DNA of 64,000 nucleotides from a virus (IMGVR_UViG_3300046167_000873:32001-96000), one strand, 5' to 3'; counted from the first letter of the stretch, positions 39,667 to 49,559 are shown. Translations and numbers: made by a program. The notes: generated by a model not told the origin, from the sequence alone.

Positions 39667-40318
39667 ATCTATGCCCTAATACTAAGTCAGTAGGAGCAAA
39701 TGGCACACTTAAACTAATTCGATCAGTTAATGATTCGATACAATGGTATTGTTTATACGGAATATACAGACAATCACCAGGATGCAACTCGTCTTCTATT
39801 AAGATGTTTTGTGACAAATCAAAGTCCCGCTTCATATTAAATTCTTCTGGGTGTATACTTAACTCTTCTGTGTGTATAAAATGACCTGCTTTATTGCCAT
39901 ATACTATAACTTTACTTACACCATCTAATTGAAATATGAGGTTAGTACAATTATCAAAATGTGGTGCAAAACCACCACCCTGAGCCTTAGAAATATATAG
40001 GTGACTACCTACAATTGGCTGTTCATCTTGTGCAGAAAAAATATCTCTAATCAATTCAATTAATTGATATGATTGGGAGTCTTTGATATCAATTTCCCAA
40101 TTAGTAATTACGAGCGAATGATTTTCTTCGTCAAAAGCTTTTCGTGCTTCTTCTCCAAATAGTCTATTTGATGACTGCATACCTGGATGTAATTTATCTA
40201 TCGCATCCATAACAACTGAAGGATCTATGTGCATATTATGCATTTTTCTAATAATTGCAGGATGATCGTTATACTCCATTTCAGCTCTTAATGCATATAA
40301 AAAAGAAGTTTCAATCAT
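39653..40318 (-). CDS. JmjC-domain oxygenase (YcfD/RoxA/NO66-like)
   Basis: LYIS...GF.PHFD....IFQL.G.SK...L.PGDCLYIP...YH. Confidence 0.85.
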   Translation of the reverse strand: MIETSFLYALRAEMEYNDHPAIIRKMHNMHIDPSVVMDAIDKLHPGMQSSNRLFGEEARKAFDEENHSLVITNWEIDIKDSQSYQLIELIRDIFSAQDEQPIVGSHLYISKAQGGGFAPHFDNCTNLIFQLDGVSKVIVYGNKAGHFIHTEELSIHPEEFNMKRDFDLSQNILIEDELHPGDCLYIPYKQYHCIESLTDRISLSVPFAPTDLVLGHRYVRQ

Positions 40319-41058
40319 AATATTGTGTGCTCATTTTTACTTGGTCGCATAAACATTTTTCGATACCATTGTTTAGCTGTAGATGGTGTACTTCTTTCTT
40401 TGTGAAGATCAATTTTATCAGCAATTCTACATGTAGATGTTATATTACCTTTTTGTAAAGGTATTATATGAAATAACGGTGTTCCAGCTTTAATCATAAA
40501 CCGCCCTTTTACAATAGGTGCAGCAATCATATTCATAGTATTAAATCCTTTGCTAGTATCAATAATGCCAGGATAGATATGAATCTTTCTTGCAATGTTG
40601 CCGTGATAATATGCTGGCATTAATGCAAATGAAAGATCAGTTGACTCAACCGCCCAGGGTGTTGTAAAATGCATTGCTTTTGGTCTTATGAGTTCAGAAT
40701 ATATAGGTAGCCTTGCAGGTATATCTGGGGATAATCCGTTACCTGCTGCTACAATTGGACAATGTTTTTTTAACGCTTCGTCTACAGGTGTAGACCTCTG
40801 ATTAACAGGGTCTGGATCACCATAATAAACCATGGTGCTTTTATCTGATGCGAATACATGTATATCCGTCCATGCTGGCATTATCCAACCGGTGTCTCTA
40901 TAGTCGGCCATTCCTGGACAAACAGTAAAACTGTCTTTTCCGTCTTTTTCTTTTTGAACATTTGATATGTTTTCAGTTTTTGAAGCAAGAGTAATAGGAT
41001 ACCAATGGATAACACCCATGTCTGATTTATCAATAAACTGAACATTAAAATCTGTCAT
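40315..41058 (-). CDS. conserved phage hypothetical protein within the oxygenase operon
   Basis: CPGM.DY..TGW.MP.W.D...PW...PGIID...I.AGTPL..IIP pattern. Confidence 0.7.
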   Translation of the reverse strand: MTDFNVQFIDKSDMGVIHWYPITLASKTENISNVQKEKDGKDSFTVCPGMADYRDTGWIMPAWTDIHVFASDKSTMVYYGDPDPVNQRSTPVDEALKKHCPIVAAGNGLSPDIPARLPIYSELIRPKAMHFTTPWAVESTDLSFALMPAYYHGNIARKIHIYPGIIDTSKGFNTMNMIAAPIVKGRFMIKAGTPLFHIIPLQKGNITSTCRIADKIDLHKERSTPSTAKQWYRKMFMRPSKNEHTIL

Positions 41059-41666
41059 TGTATTTGCCCTTTACCACGCACCCAAAAAACAAGAGTTTTT
41101 CTTATACCCTCACTGACAGGAGTAACACAATGGTGCATTGACGAATCAAATAAAATAACATCACCTTTATTCAAGGTAATATCTGTTGCCCTATTTTGAT
41201 CACCACCCGAAAGATCGATTTTAAGATCACCACCTTTATAGTCACTAGGATCTGATAACATCAAAACGCCTGATATCATACGATCCATTGGAACATAACC
41301 ATGCAAAGAACTATCACGATGCCAACCGTAATATGCATCATCTGAACCGTGGTATATAGTATATTGAAGATTTTCTATATGATCGATATTATACAAGAAT
41401 AAGTCGTAATTAGCTTGACTTACAATGCTAGCAAGTTTTTCAAAAATGAAACCGGTGTTTTCATCTATTGGAAGCCACCCGGTTTTTGTGATGCGTGTGT
41501 TAGGGTCTACTGAGCCTTCTTGCCCATCACCAACCTTAGCATCATCGAATTCTATAATCTTTTCGAAAAAAGTAATTCTATCAATTTCTTCTGCGTCGAA
41601 AGCGCCTTGAATCGTACCGTGCCGCTGCAACGGTACAGTAGGCAAAAGTTTTTGCACTGGGAACAT
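41055..41666 (-). CDS. 2OG-Fe(II) oxygenase (PKHD/prolyl-hydroxylase-like)
   Basis: YGWHRD (HxD), Y.GGDL, GD..LF.S..HH.V.PV..G.RK.LV.W. Confidence 0.92.
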   Translation of the reverse strand: MFPVQKLLPTVPLQRHGTIQGAFDAEEIDRITFFEKIIEFDDAKVGDGQEGSVDPNTRITKTGWLPIDENTGFIFEKLASIVSQANYDLFLYNIDHIENLQYTIYHGSDDAYYGWHRDSSLHGYVPMDRMISGVLMLSDPSDYKGGDLKIDLSGGDQNRATDITLNKGDVILFDSSMHHCVTPVSEGIRKTLVFWVRGKGQIQ

Positions 41667-41709
41667 AATAATCCACCTTAAAAATTAACATTATAACATA
41701 CGATAAAAT

Positions 41710-43653
41710 CTATGTGTACTTTATATTTATAAACCCACCAGAGCCGACTGTTGCAGTTGCCTGTTTAGTTGCAGTACTTCCAGTTGATGGAATACCTCTT
41801 GGATCCCAAACAGTTGTTTGAGATGATGGGCCTGTTATAGGACCAAATCCACTTGCATTGGCGCCGGGTGCAGTAATAACCCCTGCGGTTCCTAAATTAA
41901 CGGTAGTTGGTGTTCCAGGTTGCCCTGATGTAAATCCTGACGAAAAGCTGTATGGTTGTACTGTAAACGCAGGAGTTACATTAAATCCACTTGTTGGCTT
42001 TTGACCAGTAACTCCATAAGAATAAGGCTGATTATAAGAATATTGCTGAGGCTTTTGCCCAGTTGTAGCAAACGTGTAAGGTTGTGTATAAGAATACGGC
42101 TGTGGCTTTGATCCAGTTGTAGCAAACGAATATGGCTGTACCAGAAAACCACTTGCAGGTTTTTGACCAGTTGTTGCAAATGGATACGGCGTTAATCTAA
42201 AGACACTTGTTACAGGTTTTGTTCCAGTCGTACCATACGAATATGGTTGCGAAAAGAATACACTTGTTACAGGTTTTGTTCCAGTTGTTGCAAACGAATA
42301 TGGTTGCACTCTAGTACCGCTTACTGGTTTAGTACCACCAGCTTGAAACGGATACGGTTGATTATATGAATATTGTACTTGCTTAGTACCGCCTGCTTGA
42401 AACGGATAAGGCTGTGAAAAGTATCCAGAAGCAGGAAAAGTACCAACAGCTTGAAAAGGATATGGCGCAATCCGAAAACCAGCGTTTGGTGTTTGCCCTT
42501 GAGTTGGTGTAATACCAGCAGCGGTATAATTATATGGCTGTTGATTGTCAACTGGCTTTTGGCCAGTCAAGACTCTCCATCCAGATCTTGCTGTTCCATA
42601 TGGGAATGGCTTCGCTCCCCACTTACTACCTTGAGCCGTATATGTATAAGGCGACGATGATGGTTGATTTGGGCCAGAGGGGTTTCCCTGCAGCGAGGCA
42701 CACTGCGGGATTGGTCTTCGGTTCGTTGAAAAAACACCGTCGGCGTTGATTGTGCATTGAGTTTGCGCAGTCCTTACTTTGAAACCACTTCCTGGGACCG
42801 GATATTGATATTTGTACGAAGTAAAACTAAAAGTACTGAAATCCGTATAAGAATATGGCTGACCATAAGGATAGGATGAAAATGTTGTAAATGGCTTTTG
42901 GCCAGTAGTTTGATACGCATAACCTACATTATATGGATATGGTGATTGAAAACCATAAGATTGCGGTGTAGAACCGAATGTACCGTATGTATAAAACCCA
43001 GTATATGAATATAAAGCCTGTTTAGAGCCGGTTGTTGCAAATGAATATGGCTGCGAACTGAATACACCAGTAACTGGCTTTGTTCCAGTCGTACCATATG
43101 TATATGGTTGATTGTAACCATATGGTTGTTGCTTAGTACCACCTGCCTGAAAAGGATATGGTTGATTATATGAATATTGTACTTGTTTAGTACCAGGCGC
43201 CTGAAAAGGATATGGTTGATTATATGAATATTGCTGTGGTGTTTGCCCTTGAGTAGTATATGGATATGGTGCTTGAAAACCATAAGGTTGTTGCTTAGTA
43301 CCACCTGCTTGAAACGGATAAGGCGTTAACCTAAAAACTCCAGTTACAGGTTTTGTACCAGGTGCTTGAAAAGGATATGGAGTTAACCTAAAAACATTAG
43401 TTACAGGTTTAGTACCACTGACAGTAAATGGATAAGGTGATTGATAACCGTATGGCTGATTATAAGAATACGGTTGTTGTTTAGTACCAGATGAATAGGT
43501 ATTAAAACCGCCAGTAGAAGATCCTCCTTGCAAAGAAACTTCTAATAATTTTCTTCCATAGGGTAAAGATATTTGACCAGGAGTTGTGCGGGTTACATCA
43601 AATGTATCAGCCCATGTCCTATTTAAAAAACCCTTTCCACCGCCAGCTGGCAT
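41710..43653 (-). CDS. Tyr/Pro/Gln/Thr-rich repeat protein; probable fibre/adhesin with mirror-complementary arms
   Basis: About 20 units of 18-19 aa in two arms around a two-Cys central segment; lies after the tail fibre genes. Confidence 0.8.
   Translation of the reverse strand: MPAGGGKGFLNRTWADTFDVTRTTPGQISLPYGRKLLEVSLQGGSSTGGFNTYSSGTKQQPYSYNQPYGYQSPYPFTVSGTKPVTNVFRLTPYPFQAPGTKPVTGVFRLTPYPFQAGGTKQQPYGFQAPYPYTTQGQTPQQYSYNQPYPFQAPGTKQVQYSYNQPYPFQAGGTKQQPYGYNQPYTYGTTGTKPVTGVFSSQPYSFATTGSKQALYSYTGFYTYGTFGSTPQSYGFQSPYPYNVGYAYQTTGQKPFTTFSSYPYGQPYSYTDFSTFSFTSYKYQYPVPGSGFKVRTAQTQCTINADGVFSTNRRPIPQCASLQGNPSGPNQPSSSPYTYTAQGSKWGAKPFPYGTARSGWRVLTGQKPVDNQQPYNYTAAGITPTQGQTPNAGFRIAPYPFQAVGTFPASGYFSQPYPFQAGGTKQVQYSYNQPYPFQAGGTKPVSGTRVQPYSFATTGTKPVTSVFFSQPYSYGTTGTKPVTSVFRLTPYPFATTGQKPASGFLVQPYSFATTGSKPQPYSYTQPYTFATTGQKPQQYSYNQPYSYGVTGQKPTSGFNVTPAFTVQPYSFSSGFTSGQPGTPTTVNLGTAGVITAPGANASGFGPITGPSSQTTVWDPRGIPSTGSTATKQATATVGSGGFINIKYT
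41724..41731 (-). promoter_or_regulatory. T4 late promoter for the oxygenase operon, inside the 3' end of the repeat gene
   Basis: TATAAATA about 60 nt upstream of the ATG at 41666; a TGnTATAAT extended -10 also lies at 41690-41698. Confidence 0.65.
41935..43479 (-). repeat. 54/57-bp coding tandem repeats in two arrays (42895-43479 and 41935-42489)
   Basis: Units end in GTK/GQK/GSK; exact 35-bp copies at 43145 and 43199. Confidence 0.9.
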
Positions 43654-43662
43654 ACTTACTCC

Positions 43663-45007
43663 TTATTGTGCAAATCCAGCATTACGGAAACTCAAGCTAC
43701 CGTATATCTGTCCACTTATATTTATAAAGCTATATATGTCTATTCCAGAACTAGGAGGTGGTTCAATACCATCTGACCAAAAAACTTTATCTGCTTCACC
43801 TGATCCTGGCCACGTGCAAGATCTAGCAGTTCCATTATTGTTAATGACTAATGTAAACGTTGTAGATCCGCCGGCTGCGGTTGCAGCATAATTAGAAAAG
43901 TCAATCGAGTATGAAGCGGTTGGTGTAAATGTGTGTACTGACCCACTATTAACATCAAGTGTGTACGCAGTACCAGAACCGCCTGCAACAACCTTTTCTT
44001 GAAAACAATCATTAGCTGTAATTCTTGCTGCATTAACACCATTGTTATTAACTTCAATTCTTTCTGTTCCACCAGTTACAACTCTAAATTGATCTGCTGC
44101 ATGAAATTGCGCGTAAGTATTAGTATCACCAATGTGAACAATAGCATTACCAAGATTAACATTAGCTGTTGCTGTAACATTAGGAGCAGTAATGAGACCA
44201 GAGCCTGATACAGTAATATTAGAAGTCGTTGCTAAAGTAGACGTAAGAGTTAATCCTCGGCCTGTAATATCACCAGAAGTATTAACATCAAATACTTGTG
44301 ACATTGTAACGTCACCGTCAATTGCAACTGTAGCCGCTGCACCTGAAAAATAACGTAAACCAGATGAGTCAAGAATAAGTGCTTGTTTATTGAAATCTGA
44401 GTTACCAGCTGAAGAAACAAATGCGTCGGCAACACCTGATTTTGGCCTAACTGCATATCCAAGTGCAATACCACCTGATGATGCCATTGATCCAACAGTC
44501 GCTATTTTATTAGCACCAGTATAATTGCCTGCTAGCATTAATGCGCCAGAGGTTGATGTTGCATCACCTGCGGTAATTACACCTGAGGATGATCCAGTCG
44601 CAACAGTAATATCAGTATTAAATGTTGTTGTTGACGTAGATTCATCAATGAACATTACATTTACATTGGAACTAGGTGTCACCAAGATTAATAATAAAAT
44701 CTTTAGATGTACCGTTATCTGTAATAGTAACTCCGCTAGGAGTAAAACCAAACTTTGCACGATCATTAGACAAAAAGCTTGATGTGCCGCTAGTGGTATT
44801 ACCATCATCAATTCTAATTACAGATTGAGCAGAAGTTGCAGCAGTAACATCAAGTGCGTACGCAGGATTTGATCTGTTAATACCAACCCTATCGGTAGAA
44901 GAATTGACAAATAAAGTGTCTGTATCAACTGCTACGTTTCCACCAACATCTAAGCCGCCAGTGATTTTTAAACCATCAAGCGCATCGAATTTTTGTGAAG
45001 TTGCCAT
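43663..45007 (-). CDS. tail fibre protein, frameshifted near 44675 (track ORFs 44672..45007 and 43663..44811)
   Basis: VDTDTLFV....DRVGIN...P..ALDV, then H.GDTNT...F...D.F..VTGG.ER and a C-terminal WP..V.W..G..P....ID.Y.F fibre domain. Confidence 0.8.
43719..43726 (-). promoter_or_regulatory. T4 late promoter for the repeat-protein gene
   Basis: TATAAATA about 65 nt upstream of the ATG at 43653. Confidence 0.65.
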
Positions 45008-45019
45008 ATCTCTCTCTTG

Positions 45020-45436
45020 TTATAACTTAAAGATTCCAGAAGAACTCCATATGATGTCGACATTGCTGCCGTCTGGAGTAATTGGTAAACCATTAATATT
45101 TGTATCCATCCATGCAACTAATCTTGATGTGTTAGCATCAGCAGTATCAATCCATAATAATAGAGCTTCTGCATCAATCGATGTATTTGCTACGTCAGTA
45201 AATAAAACATCATCAGCATCTAAAACACCGTTTATACACGTAACATTTGTTAAATCAGCAGTTTCTAAAATACCTAAATCTGTATTTGATAAATCAGAAT
45301 AAAATTCATCAGTAGATCTAAATTCTGTTGTACCAGAATCTACGAGCGTAACTTTTACGCTTCCTGCAGTAAGAGAACTATCGGTAGCGCTTGTTAATAC
45401 AGCTTCTTTGTATTTATCATATATTACGTTTGCCAT
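45020..45436 (-). CDS. conserved phage tail-associated protein
   Basis: MAN..Y...KE..L...GVLDADD..F...LP.TP.G....I.W...GIFKL. Confidence 0.7.
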   Translation of the reverse strand: MANVIYDKYKEAVLTSATDSSLTAGSVKVTLVDSGTTEFRSTDEFYSDLSNTDLGILETADLTNVTCINGVLDADDVLFTDVANTSIDAEALLLWIDTADANTSRLVAWMDTNINGLPITPDGSNVDIIWSSSGIFKL

Positions 45437-45437
45437 A

Positions 45438-48400
45438 TTATACTCTCGTCTCTATCTTCAGGACCTTAAATCGGTGAACATCCGTAACTGATGCAGCGGA
45501 ACAAGTTGCTTGTAAATCAATATGCGTTGTGTTAGCAGCAAGAACAGGTACAATACTAACTGTGCCTATATTCGAATCAACTTCACCGTATCGTGTATAG
45601 TATATATCTTTGTTATCAGTCACGATAATATTAACTTCTACAGCATAACCAGAATCCGCATCGTTAAGGTTTTCGCCGTGAACAAAATACTTAAATCCTT
45701 GTGTTTGACCAACTTCGAAGCTATCAATTACTGTAGCAGCAGTCGTTGTAACATCACCACCTGTACCTGTAAATGCAACACCATTTGCTTCAAGAGATGA
45801 TACCTCAAGATTTAAGATGACTGCTGTATTAGATACAAATAAGTTTTCAAATATAGTATTACCAGAGAGTGTCAATCCATCAGGTAAAGATGCACTATCA
45901 TCAACAACAAGATTATCTACTGTCAGCGTATTTGTACTTGGGTTGAATGTAAAGGTAGTGTCACCTCTAGCATCTTGATAACCAGATGTTGCTCCAGCAA
46001 AAACGACTGGTTGGTTAGCGTTAGTCGTTGAGGTATGCATCTGAATAGTATTTGATTGAGCAGCAGTACCTGAAATATTAGAGCTAATTTCAGCAGGCAA
46101 TCGAGCATCGTTAACTGTTCCAGTTGTAAGAGCAGTTGCATTTAGATTCGTTAGAGATGCACCATTACCTGTGAACGTAGTTGCACCAACATCACCAGTA
46201 ACTGTAATACCAGTAGATATTGTTTCTAGTTTAGTAGTTCCGTAATGACTTAACAATACAGAACCAGTACTACCATCAGCTCTAACATAATCTGTTACAC
46301 CGCCAGTAGAATCGTCTGACTGTATTGCAACATCTTGATCATTGCCAAACTGTCGAATCAATAAACTGCTTTGTAAAGCATCGATGTTGTTGCCGGTTCC
46401 AGAAGCTTTTATCGATAGATCAACTGTAGTACCAAACGTTAATATTTGACCATCATCAAATCGCAATGCGTCTGCTGATTTGTCCCACTCAACATTCCCA
46501 AGAGTACCTAAAATCGTAATATCGTTTTCAAACTGTGATGTACTAGAAACAAGTAACGTATCAGTATCTGTTTCGCCAGTTACATTAATACCGGTTGCAG
46601 TAGTTTCTATTTTAATATTACCTGCGTGAGTAACTTCAACTGCGCCAGCTGCAACACCTCGAATATAATTAGTTCCTGCAGTATCTTCAAGTACGATGTT
46701 GTTACCTTGGAGAACTAATGATCCAGAACCGCTTTCAGTTATAACACTAGCAGAACCGTCGTTATACAACTGCATCGTTGTGCCGAGTTGTATAATTTCA
46801 TTATCGCCAACAGTAACGCCATCAGCAACGAGTGTTCCTGTGACTGTAGCACCTGTTGCAGATGTTTCGAATTTAACATTTCCTGCATGAGTTACAGCAA
46901 CTGAAGCTCCCGCTGTACCTAAGATATAATCATTACCTGCAGTATCTTCTAAGACAAGATTGTTAGCTTGAAGACGAAGGCTACCAGGACCATTTTCTTT
47001 GATGATTGAATCGCCAGCTACTTCATGGAAGATTTGTAAATCATTTGAAGTTCCGAATGTGGCTTTTATGTCATCATTAAAGTTTAGTAGATCTTCTGAT
47101 GAATCCCAATGTAATGCATCAACAGTAGTACCATCGAAGAATGCATCATCTTCAAACAACGCAGTTGATCGTACTCTTAATGTATTTGTATTGGCATCAT
47201 TTACAATCTGAAGACCAGCATCGTTGATAGTCATTTCAACTGTGTTGGCATTCGGTGAATAGTATTCAACCCGATCACCATCAATTGCTGAAATATATCG
47301 AGTGTCATCGGATGCAGTCAACAGTAGATTAGTTGATCTAACAATTAAGCTACCAGTACCTTGCTCATCAACGTAAGAAGCAGAACCGGTGTGGTAGATT
47401 CTTAAATCTTCATCAGTACCAAATGCTGCATAAACATCATCTTCAAAACTTAGTGTATTATTTGAAGATTCCCAAACAAGGCTATCTGCATCTAGTCCAG
47501 CTGATCCATCAAAGTAAGCATCTTCTTGAACTCGTAAAGTAACAGTATTTGCTTCACCGTATACTTCGATACCAGCAGTGTTTGTTTGTAGCTTAGATAT
47601 ATTGTTGTGGTAAAGAGTAACTTCACCTGATGTATTAGCAACGATTAAACTAGTTGTTCCTGTATCGTCAGTGACTCTGAAGTTGTCCTCAACGCGCATG
47701 AATAAATCGTTGGTGGTTTCTGTTACAAAACTATCTGTTCCATCAGTGACGATTGTGAAGTTGTGAGCCGCAGCATAATCTGCTCCACCCATTTCAATAG
47801 GTTGGTTATTGTATGTAACAATACCACCATTTGCAACCAACTCACCAGTGACTTCAACACCATGTGTATTTGTTTGTAGCCGTTCAACACCTTCGTAGTA
47901 AAGACGTACCGTACTATTATCTGCTACATTAGCAGTCATATACAGTTCTGAACCAGATTCTGATTTAATTTCTACAGTATCAGTAATAACATTAAGATCA
48001 GTTCTTGCCCGAATGTCTTGGTTGTCGGTATTAGAATATGCTCTACCAGCTGCTGTATAGAACATCTCCCAGTCATCGCTATCACCGAATGTGGCTTTGA
48101 CTGAATCACGATAATTCCATACTTCGCTTGTTGCATCCCAATGAACACTGTTTGAGTTTAAAGTATCATTGTCAAAGTTTGCATCTTGACGTACGCGCAG
48201 TGTAGTTGTATTTGCTTCGCCAAAGACTTCAACACCAGGTACTTCGCCTGCTTGAGTGCCAGTCGTTTCGAGACGTGCATCGCCGTTGTTATAAAGAACA
48301 ACTTCGCTTGATCCGTCGTTATTAGCAGTAATAAAATTTGTTGTACCTGGTTCGTCAGTAAGATTAAAACCTTCATGAACAAAGATATTTAAATCTCTAT

Positions 48401-49349
48401 CGCCAGATATAATAATACCGTCTGTGCCGTCAGTGTAAAGTTGGAAATTGTATGTTGCTATATCCTCACCACCATTATAGGGGTATGTGCCACCCATAAG
48501 GATTTTATTATTATCAAAGATAACAGCATCATCTTGTATAATGGTGTCACCATGTACAACTACACCATATGTATTAGTTGACAGTCGTACATCACCTTCG
48601 TAGTAAAGCTTAACAGTACTATTATCAGCAACATCGGCAGTAATATAAAGTTCTGCACCTGTCTCTGATTTAACTTCTATATTGTCAGTAATAAAATTAG
48701 TATCTGTTACAGCTCGAATATCTAAGTTATCTGTATTAGCATACATTCTACCAGTATCGTAGAACATTTCAAGTTGTCCAGTACCACCAAATATTTCCGT
48801 GCCAGTTGCACCACCAAATGTAGCGCGCACGTTATCATTAAAGTTTAGTTGGTTATTGGAACTTTGCCAATGCATTTGAGGGTTTGTATTTGTTCCTGCA
48901 GGACCATCGCCTACAAACAAGACATCGTATCGTGCCTCAATGTTATTCTCTACGATCAATCCGTATGTTGAATCAACATAAACTTCTACAGTTTCGTCTG
49001 TAAACGTTGTGTTAGTTGTTACATAAAGCGTATCAGATACAAAATCATTAGAAGAAAAATCAAAAGTACCACCACGCAATCCACCATACAAACCATTTGC
49101 ATAAGCGTTTATTGAAGGATCACGACCATCGTTAAACACAACAACTGCGTTAGCTGCAAACTGACCAAAAAGTGTCGCATTACCATAAGTTAAAGAACCG
49201 CCTGGAAGACCGTTCGCAGTCATCATAGAGGTCTGAGCACCAGTAGTATCACCGCGGGTAATCAGTATAAGCTCGTTTGTTTTGTTTAACCAATCGCTAA
49301 ATGTCTGCGTGCTTGGTTGTATCTCGTTAAATCCGGAGAGAAGTGCCAT
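45438..49349 (-). CDS. long fibre protein with ~8 internal repeats
   Basis: N-terminal TF.DWL.KTNE; repeated V.LY....KL.T...G..V.G modules. Confidence 0.8.
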   Translation of the reverse strand: MALLSGFNEIQPSTQTFSDWLNKTNELILITRGDTTGAQTSMMTANGLPGGSLTYGNATLFGQFAANAVVVFNDGRDPSINAYANGLYGGLRGGTFDFSSNDFVSDTLYVTTNTTFTDETVEVYVDSTYGLIVENNIEARYDVLFVGDGPAGTNTNPQMHWQSSNNQLNFNDNVRATFGGATGTEIFGGTGQLEMFYDTGRMYANTDNLDIRAVTDTNFITDNIEVKSETGAELYITADVADNSTVKLYYEGDVRLSTNTYGVVVHGDTIIQDDAVIFDNNKILMGGTYPYNGGEDIATYNFQLYTDGTDGIIISGDRDLNIFVHEGFNLTDEPGTTNFITANNDGSSEVVLYNNGDARLETTGTQAGEVPGVEVFGEANTTTLRVRQDANFDNDTLNSNSVHWDATSEVWNYRDSVKATFGDSDDWEMFYTAAGRAYSNTDNQDIRARTDLNVITDTVEIKSESGSELYMTANVADNSTVRLYYEGVERLQTNTHGVEVTGELVANGGIVTYNNQPIEMGGADYAAAHNFTIVTDGTDSFVTETTNDLFMRVEDNFRVTDDTGTTSLIVANTSGEVTLYHNNISKLQTNTAGIEVYGEANTVTLRVQEDAYFDGSAGLDADSLVWESSNNTLSFEDDVYAAFGTDEDLRIYHTGSASYVDEQGTGSLIVRSTNLLLTASDDTRYISAIDGDRVEYYSPNANTVEMTINDAGLQIVNDANTNTLRVRSTALFEDDAFFDGTTVDALHWDSSEDLLNFNDDIKATFGTSNDLQIFHEVAGDSIIKENGPGSLRLQANNLVLEDTAGNDYILGTAGASVAVTHAGNVKFETSATGATVTGTLVADGVTVGDNEIIQLGTTMQLYNDGSASVITESGSGSLVLQGNNIVLEDTAGTNYIRGVAAGAVEVTHAGNIKIETTATGINVTGETDTDTLLVSSTSQFENDITILGTLGNVEWDKSADALRFDDGQILTFGTTVDLSIKASGTGNNIDALQSSLLIRQFGNDQDVAIQSDDSTGGVTDYVRADGSTGSVLLSHYGTTKLETISTGITVTGDVGATTFTGNGASLTNLNATALTTGTVNDARLPAEISSNISGTAAQSNTIQMHTSTTNANQPVVFAGATSGYQDARGDTTFTFNPSTNTLTVDNLVVDDSASLPDGLTLSGNTIFENLFVSNTAVILNLEVSSLEANGVAFTGTGGDVTTTAATVIDSFEVGQTQGFKYFVHGENLNDADSGYAVEVNIIVTDNKDIYYTRYGEVDSNIGTVSIVPVLAANTTHIDLQATCSAASVTDVHRFKVLKIETRV

Positions 49350-49559
49350 TTAACTTATCCTGCTATTAAGTTCTAGGAGTAGATCTTTGATTGCTGTTAC
49401 ATCATTCTTTACACTAGCAAATTCTTTTTCTAGTGTAACCACTTGCGATTCTAATTTCTTTTGATTTTCAGCGGAGCGTCTAGCTGACTTATATCTTTCA
49501 AGTGCAGCTATATCTTTATTTATAACAGCTCCATCGTTCTGCTTCACGAAGTTATCCAT
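49350..49559 (-). CDS. small coiled-coil protein
   Basis: GAVIN.D...Y...R followed by a heptad pattern. Confidence 0.7.
   Translation of the reverse strand: MDNFVKQNDGAVINKDIAALERYKSARRSAENQKKLESQVVTLEKEFASVKNDVTAIKDLLLELNSRIS

Noticed and set aside
41935-43479. Possible CRISPR array or diversity-generating retroelement
   Set aside because: The repeats are in-frame, degenerate at synonymous sites and lack unique spacers. No cas or reverse transcriptase gene is in the window and no adenine-specific variation is evident.
41710-43653. RiPP-type multi-core precursor peptide
   Set aside because: No adjacent protease or transporter. Mirror complementarity and the position among late fibre genes favour a structural protein. 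Not fully excluded.
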